Of a stretch of 64,000 nt of DNA, positions 58,910-64,000 are shown piece by piece. Both the position numbers and the translations under genes were made by a program. This stretch comes from a virus. The stretch is taken from positions 55,537-119,536 of the IMG/VR virus record IMGVR_UViG_3300035698_007036; one strand, 5' to 3'. Every line of letters begins with the position of its first letter. Position 1 is the first letter of the stretch. The notes under the pieces are model-generated. The model saw only the letters and a program-made list of their open reading frames with translations. It was not told where the DNA came from and searched no databases.

Positions 58910-59808
58910 ATGAAAGGAAAGATAGTAGTACCTACTTTTTATAAAGATAAACATGCAGATAAGTCTGGGATGTGTGCTAGAGGGGCTATTCTATTGCATG
59001 GCCTTAGTGAACTATATAATATTCCTTTATATTACACTGACACACCTACATTTGAAGACGTAGATTTTGCTTTAGTGCATGCTGTCCCTTATCACAATAG
59101 ACCAAAATTGCCATCCGGTTTAGTAGATACAGATCCACGTGTAAAATTAATAGGTTTTTTGAAGATTTAGAGTGCTGGTATGATGAAGAGTGTGTAGAAA
59201 ATAAACTTTTAGCATTTAAAAGATATGATGCATTGGTTGGCCCGTTTCATGAAACTTTTATTGAATGGTACCCTCAATTTTTACATAAACATATTCATTT
59301 TCCTCATTATTTTGCACCATTTGAAAGATTTGCTGCATTAAATCCATCACCCAATCCTATAATGAAGTGTTTATTATCAGGCAATGTGAATAAGTGGTAT
59401 CCTTTTAGACAATATATTATTGATGAAGCCCCTAAGGGTATTTTTCACTATAGCGGGTCAAATGTAGAATTTGCTGAGTATCCTAAATTTTTAAATAGGT
59501 ACTTTTGTGCTATTGCAACCGGTGCGGCCTCTCATTTAGTCGTTGCAAAATACTTTGAAATACCGGCCGCTGGAACTTTATTGTTAGCCGAGGAAATAGA
59601 TGATGCCATTTTGGTGGGTTTAAAAGCAAATGTTCATTATGTACCAATTACACGGGAGAATGTGATTGAAAAAATAAGAGAGGTTTTAAGAAATCCTGAA
59701 AGATATATAGAAATTAGGGATAGAGCCACTGAATTTGTGCGAAAGAATCATAGTGAACTTAATAGGTTTGAAGAATTTAAGAAGGTATTACAATTTATAG
59801 GAGAATAA
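58910..59808 (+). pseudogene. CgeB/Glyco_trans_1_2-like glycosyltransferase split by a -1 frameshift at a T6 run
   Basis: ORF 58910-59170 stops just after GGT TTT TTG; the -1 frame continues without a stop (EDLECWYDEE...) into 59233-59808, which carries KYFEIPAAGTLL. Confidence 0.75.
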
Positions 59809-59809
59809 A

Positions 59810-60922
59810 ATGGGAAATGATAAGTTATTGGGGTATCGAATACATGAGTTAAAGAGGTGTACTCGGTGTATTCTACCGGAAACGATGCCCTTTATAGAGT
59901 TTGATTCGGCCGGTGTGTGTAATTATTGTCACAATTACAAGGTAAGACCTAAACCTAAACAGAAAGAAGAGTTGCTCAACATAATCGAGCCTTATCGCCA
60001 CAAAACTGGTAATGACTGTATTGTGCCATTTTCCGGAGGCCGCGATAGTAGTTACGCACTGCACTTAATTGTAAATGAACTTAAGATGAAGCCAATAACC
60101 TATACTTATGATTGGGGGATGACTACTGAGCTTGGTGAACGTAATGCTAGTCATATATGTGCAGAACTTGGCGTAGAAAATATTATGGTTAAATCGGATA
60201 TCTCTCAAAAACGAAAAAATATAGCTATGAATCTTAAAGCTTGGTTAAGGCATCCACATTTAGGCATGATCGTTGTATTAACAGCTGGAGATAAGCATTT
60301 TTTTAAGTATATAGAAACAGTTAAGAAGCAAACATCCATTGATTTAAATCTGTGGGGATTTAATCCGTTAGAGACTACTCATTTTAAGGTAGGTTTTCTT
60401 GGTGTACCTCCAGATTTTAAGCAGGGGGTTTATAGTCACGGTATTTTTAAGCAGTTAAGGTACCAGAGTTTTAGATTTAAAGCCATGTTAGAAAACCCGA
60501 GTTATTTTAATAGCTCATTATGGGACACACTTTCTGGGGAATATTATCGAAGTTTCACTGAAAAGCGTGATTATTACCACATTTTTGACTACTGGCATTG
60601 GGACGAGGAAATAATTAAGGATACACTTGATTCTTACGGTTGGGAACGGGCAAACGATACGAGTACTACGTGGCGAATTGGTGATGGGACAGCTGGTTTT
60701 TATAATTATATTGGTTATACTGTTGCAGGTTTCACTGAACATGACACGTTTAGAAGTAATCAGATTCGAGAAGGTGAAATGACCAGAGAAAGAGCTTTGG
60801 AATTAGTCAAAGATGAGAACAGGCCAAGATATTCAAACATACGTTGGTATCTTGATACTCTTGGAATGGATTTTAATTCAACAATAAAAAGAATTAATGA
60901 AATTCCTAAATTATATAAATAA
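59810..60922 (+). CDS. N-acetyl sugar amidotransferase-like PP-loop ATPase (WbpG/WbuX family)
   Basis: CTRCILP...GVCNYC; CIVPFSGGRDSSY; IREGEMTRERAL. Confidence 0.85.
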   Translation: MGNDKLLGYRIHELKRCTRCILPETMPFIEFDSAGVCNYCHNYKVRPKPKQKEELLNIIEPYRHKTGNDCIVPFSGGRDSSYALHLIVNELKMKPITYTYDWGMTTELGERNASHICAELGVENIMVKSDISQKRKNIAMNLKAWLRHPHLGMIVVLTAGDKHFFKYIETVKKQTSIDLNLWGFNPLETTHFKVGFLGVPPDFKQGVYSHGIFKQLRYQSFRFKAMLENPSYFNSSLWDTLSGEYYRSFTEKRDYYHIFDYWHWDEEIIKDTLDSYGWERANDTSTTWRIGDGTAGFYNYIGYTVAGFTEHDTFRSNQIREGEMTRERALELVKDENRPRYSNIRWYLDTLGMDFNSTIKRINEIPKLYK

Positions 60923-60941
60923 AAATTGGAGGGTTACTATT

Positions 60942-61523
60942 ATGGAAAGATATATTAATAAAGATGGGTATGAATCACATATATTCATGGGTATAAAACG
61001 ACTTACATATAAAGGTATACCAGTATCACAGGTAGTGGGTGTTGAGGACAAATTCTCTAAGTTACTAAATAATGAGGAGTTCGATGTAATAATCGAGATA
61101 GGAACACTGCACGGAGGATTAACACTAGTACTTTCTGACTTATTTAACGGGCATATATATAGTTACGATATAAATAAAGTTGAAAATAAAGCATTATTAA
61201 AAGAAAACATAACACTTGTGCTTGGAGATGTGTTTTCTAACACGGAGATATATAATATTATAAAGAATAACAGGGTTCTTGTACTGTGTGATGGTGGCAA
61301 TAAGATAAAAGAAGTAAATCATTTTGCCAAATATATAAAACCTAACGACTACATTATGGCACACGATTACTTTCACCTCAGGGAAGAGTTCAGTAGCGAT
61401 AAGTGGACTGGTTGCGAGATAACTTATGCTGATATAAAAACTGAATGTGAAAAAAATAATATAGAAAACACAAGAAACTTTGAAGACGTGTTCTGGTATT
61501 GTGGGAGGAAAAAGGAGATTTAA
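60942..61523 (+). CDS. Class I SAM-dependent methyltransferase (CmcI/Methyltransf_24-like)
   Basis: IIEIGTLHGG; YSYDI; GDVF; LCDGG; IMAHDY; GGAGGG before ATG 60942. Confidence 0.82.
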   Translation: MERYINKDGYESHIFMGIKRLTYKGIPVSQVVGVEDKFSKLLNNEEFDVIIEIGTLHGGLTLVLSDLFNGHIYSYDINKVENKALLKENITLVLGDVFSNTEIYNIIKNNRVLVLCDGGNKIKEVNHFAKYIKPNDYIMAHDYFHLREEFSSDKWTGCEITYADIKTECEKNNIENTRNFEDVFWYCGRKKEI

Positions 61524-61524
61524 C

Positions 61525-62484
61525 ATGAAAAAAGTATTAATAACAGGCATAACAGGTATGGATGGTAGTCATTTAGCGGATTTTCTTTTGAAAAAAGACT
61601 ACAAGGTTTACGGGTTAGAGAGAAGGGCCTCGGCTAAGAGTCACGGCAACATAGCACACATTGAAAATGACATAGAGCTTATTCCAGGCGATGTGACAGA
61701 TCAGAATTCATTAGCTCGAGCTTTAAAGATTAGTACTCCGGATGAGGTATACAACCTTGCCGCACAATCTTTTGTTGGTGAGAGCTGGAATACCCCTGAG
61801 TATACCAGCGATGTTACTGGGTTAGGTGTGTTAAGAGTACTGGAAGCTATAAGGGAGTATGAAAAGCCTGTTAAATTTTATCAAGCGTCCACATCGGAAA
61901 TGTTTGGTAGAATGGTAGAGAATCCTGCTAATGAGAATACCCCGTTTTATCCCCGAAGCCCTTATGGTGTAGCTAAACTATATGGGCATTGGATTACAAA
62001 GAATTACAGGGAGTCCCATGACATGTTTAATTGTAGTGGTATCCTGTTCAATCATGAGTCTGAGCGTAGAGGTATTGAATTTGTAACTCGGAAGATATCT
62101 GATGCGGTAGCTAGAATCTCTTTAGGGTTACAGGATAAAATTATGTTGGGCAATCTTGATTCATTTAGAGACTGGGGCTATGCTCCTGACTATGTAGAAT
62201 GTATGTGGTTGATGTTACAACAAGATGAACCAGATGATTATGTAGTAGCCACTGGGGAGACCCACTCCATTAGAGAATTCCTTGATAAGGCTTTTGAGCG
62301 TGTGGGGATATCGGACTGGTCCTCTTATGTCGGACAAGATCCAAGATTTATGCGGCCTGCTGAAGTCGATGTGCTTAGAGGTGATCCTGCCAAGGCTGAA
62401 GAAAAATTAGGGTGGCGATCTTCGACACCGTTCGAGGATTTGGTCTTCAGAATGGTTGACAATGACATAAAACTTTTGTCTTAG
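61525..62484 (+). CDS. gmd: GDP-mannose 4,6-dehydratase
   Basis: LITGITGMDGSHLA; YNLAAQSFV; FYQASTSEMFG; PRSPYGVAKLY; GILFNHES; RDWGYA. Confidence 0.96.
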   Translation: MKKVLITGITGMDGSHLADFLLKKDYKVYGLERRASAKSHGNIAHIENDIELIPGDVTDQNSLARALKISTPDEVYNLAAQSFVGESWNTPEYTSDVTGLGVLRVLEAIREYEKPVKFYQASTSEMFGRMVENPANENTPFYPRSPYGVAKLYGHWITKNYRESHDMFNCSGILFNHESERRGIEFVTRKISDAVARISLGLQDKIMLGNLDSFRDWGYAPDYVECMWLMLQQDEPDDYVVATGETHSIREFLDKAFERVGISDWSSYVGQDPRFMRPAEVDVLRGDPAKAEEKLGWRSSTPFEDLVFRMVDNDIKLLS

Positions 62485-62497
62485 GAAGGGGAAAATA

Positions 62498-63487
62498 ATG
62501 TTTAAGGATAAAACAATACTGATTACAGGCGGTACAGGGTCATGGGGCAACGAACTAACAAAACAATTACTTGACAAACACCCAAAGATGATTATAATAT
62601 ACTCACGGGGAGAGCTGGCCCAGGTTAACATGCAGCGAAAGTTCAATGACCCTCGTATAAGATATATTATAGGTGATATAAGAGACTCTGGTGCTGTGGA
62701 TAGGTTATTTAGAATGGGAATAGATATAGTTTTTCATTTAGCCGCACTGAAACATGTACCAGTGTGCGAAAACCAACCACAAGAGGCTTGTAAGACCAAC
62801 ATAAATGGTACTGCTCACCTAGTTAATGCAGCGGTTAGATACAAAATAGAAAAGTTTATAGACGTTTCTTCAGACAAAGCCGTGGCCCCAACCAATTTGT
62901 ACGGGTTCACTAAGGCTGTGGGGGAGAAGCTAACTATCCAGGCGAATAATCTGTCAGAGGATACGGCCTTTGTGTGTATTCGTGGCGGTAATGTTCTTGG
63001 CTCTAACGGTAGTGTGGTACCATTCTTTATAGAGCAGATAAGGAAGTTTAACAAGGTAAGTCTTACCGATGGCAACATGACAAGGTATTTTTTGACCTTA
63101 CCAGAGGCCATTGGCTTGCTTTTTCAGGTGGTAGAGGGCAGCGTTGGTGGAGAAACTTATGTAATGAACATGCCAGCTTTTAAAATTTCCGATGTCGCTA
63201 AAGCCATAATTACTCATTATGGAAATGAGGATACAGAAACAGAGACCCTTGGTGCCAGAGAAGGGGAGAAGATGGACGAAGAATTAATTTCTGAACATGA
63301 GTCTAACCGAGCGTATGTTTTTAATGAGAACTACTACATCATAATGCCGGACATAAAAATCAACCGAGACTATAGGTACATTGATCATTTAGATAAGGTG
63401 TCATTTGATAAGTTCTCTTCTTCTGATAATGTGGGTACTATTGATTACTTAACAGGTTTACTGGATAAGGGAGGCTTTTTGCCATGA
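62498..63487 (+). CDS. UDP-GlcNAc 4,6-dehydratase/epimerase (FnlA/CapE/PseB family)
   Basis: ITGGTGSWG; IGDIRD; FHLAALKHVP; SSDKAVAPTNLYGFTK; RGGNVLGSNGSVVP; MTRYF; REGEK. Confidence 0.92.
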   Translation: MFKDKTILITGGTGSWGNELTKQLLDKHPKMIIIYSRGELAQVNMQRKFNDPRIRYIIGDIRDSGAVDRLFRMGIDIVFHLAALKHVPVCENQPQEACKTNINGTAHLVNAAVRYKIEKFIDVSSDKAVAPTNLYGFTKAVGEKLTIQANNLSEDTAFVCIRGGNVLGSNGSVVPFFIEQIRKFNKVSLTDGNMTRYFLTLPEAIGLLFQVVEGSVGGETYVMNMPAFKISDVAKAIITHYGNEDTETETLGAREGEKMDEELISEHESNRAYVFNENYYIIMPDIKINRDYRYIDHLDKVSFDKFSSSDNVGTIDYLTGLLDKGGFLP

Positions 63488-64000
63488 GAGTTTTAGTATT
63501 AGGTAAGAACGGCATGCTTGGTCGATATGTTCATAACTATTTAATCGACAAGTATGAGGTGGTTGGCACTACTAGAGACCAGCTAAATGCTATGACAGCA
63601 GATAAGCGTTTTATAGCAAGCAATGTAAAGTCCGGTGACGTGATCATAAACTGTGTGGGGGTTATAAAGCAACGACAAGATTCTAAAAGAATAGATTTTG
63701 TAGCCGCTAACACGATGTTTCCTTTACTACTACAAGAGGTTTGTAGTGATAAGAACGCCCATCTTATTCATATAACTACCGACTGTGTTTATGATGGACT
63801 ACATGGGCGATATCCTGAGGACGCAAAACATACTGCTACAGATTTGTACGGTGTGTCTAAGTCTTTAGGGGAGGCCGAAGAAGCTTCAGTTATAAGAACT
63901 TCCATAATTGGAGAAGAATTAACAGGCAAGCTGTCATTGTTGGAGTGGGTTAAAGCCCAAGCAGGTAAGGAAGTCAATGGGTACACCAATCATTATTGGA
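63484..64000 (+). CDS. RmlD-like NDP-4-keto-6-deoxysugar reductase (QnlA/WbvR-like), 3' truncated
   Basis: Read from the sequence (absent from the ORF track): MRVLVLGKNGMLG...INCVGVIKQ...HITTDCVYDG...DLYGVSKSLGE...IRTSIIG; ATGA overlap with the upstream gene. Confidence 0.9.
   Translation, partial: MRVLVLGKNGMLGRYVHNYLIDKYEVVGTTRDQLNAMTADKRFIASNVKSGDVIINCVGVIKQRQDSKRIDFVAANTMFPLLLQEVCSDKNAHLIHITTDCVYDGLHGRYPEDAKHTATDLYGVSKSLGEAEEASVIRTSIIGEELTGKLSLLEWVKAQAGKEVNGYTNHYW

Larger units (their letters stand above)
1..64000 (+). mobile_element. Segment of a large tailed bacteriophage genome (tail module, replication module, glycan cluster)
   Basis: One-strand dense gene packing; tape-measure-like motif; tail fibre and lectin-like proteins; replisome genes mixed with many ORFans; no rRNA, ribosomal protein or housekeeping operon context. 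Confidence 0.88.

Noticed and set aside
1-64000. Stop-codon reassignment as seen in some large phages
   Set aside because: Long genes are intact under the standard code, and TAG and TGA both end genes that are followed by an RBS or an overlapping start
1-64000. tRNA, rRNA, structured ncRNA or intrinsic terminators
   Set aside because: Intergenic gaps are almost all under 45 bp, and no cloverleaf or GC stem plus U-tract was recognised by eye; a covariance search was not possible

Overview
The window looks like 64 kb of a large (jumbo/huge-type) tailed bacteriophage genome. It is AT-rich and uses the standard genetic code. Every credible gene is on the + strand, tightly packed, with strong AAGGAG/AGGAGG ribosome-binding sites. 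Three modules are visible. (1) 1-41133 is a virion/tail module: a tape-measure-like C-terminus, small hub/tube-like genes, Ig-like paralogs, very large LamG/discoidin/DUF2341 lectin-like proteins, a tail fibre and a repeat protein. It is interrupted by a degenerate ThDP-decarboxylase gene pair, a GIY-YIG endonuclease and zinc-ribbon genes. (2) 41221-51069 is a bacterial-style replication/recombination module: DnaN, RecA, DnaB, DnaG, SSB, DnaJ, a resolvase and a Cas4/RecB-like nuclease. (3) 51077-64000, running off the window, is a glycan-biosynthesis cluster: at least 5 glycosyltransferases, pyruvyl-, methyl- and amidotransferases, Gmd, and an FnlA/QnlA/QnlB-like acetamido-deoxysugar pathway, with no membrane proteins visible. 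The most interesting signal is a T-x-S-G tetrapeptide that is strongly over-represented in the virion proteins and nearly absent from the enzymes. Together with the soluble glycan cluster, it suggests a phage-encoded virion O-glycosylation system with its own sequon. This is an inference that needs testing. All family calls come from motif recognition by eye; no searches were run, and counts are manual and approximate.
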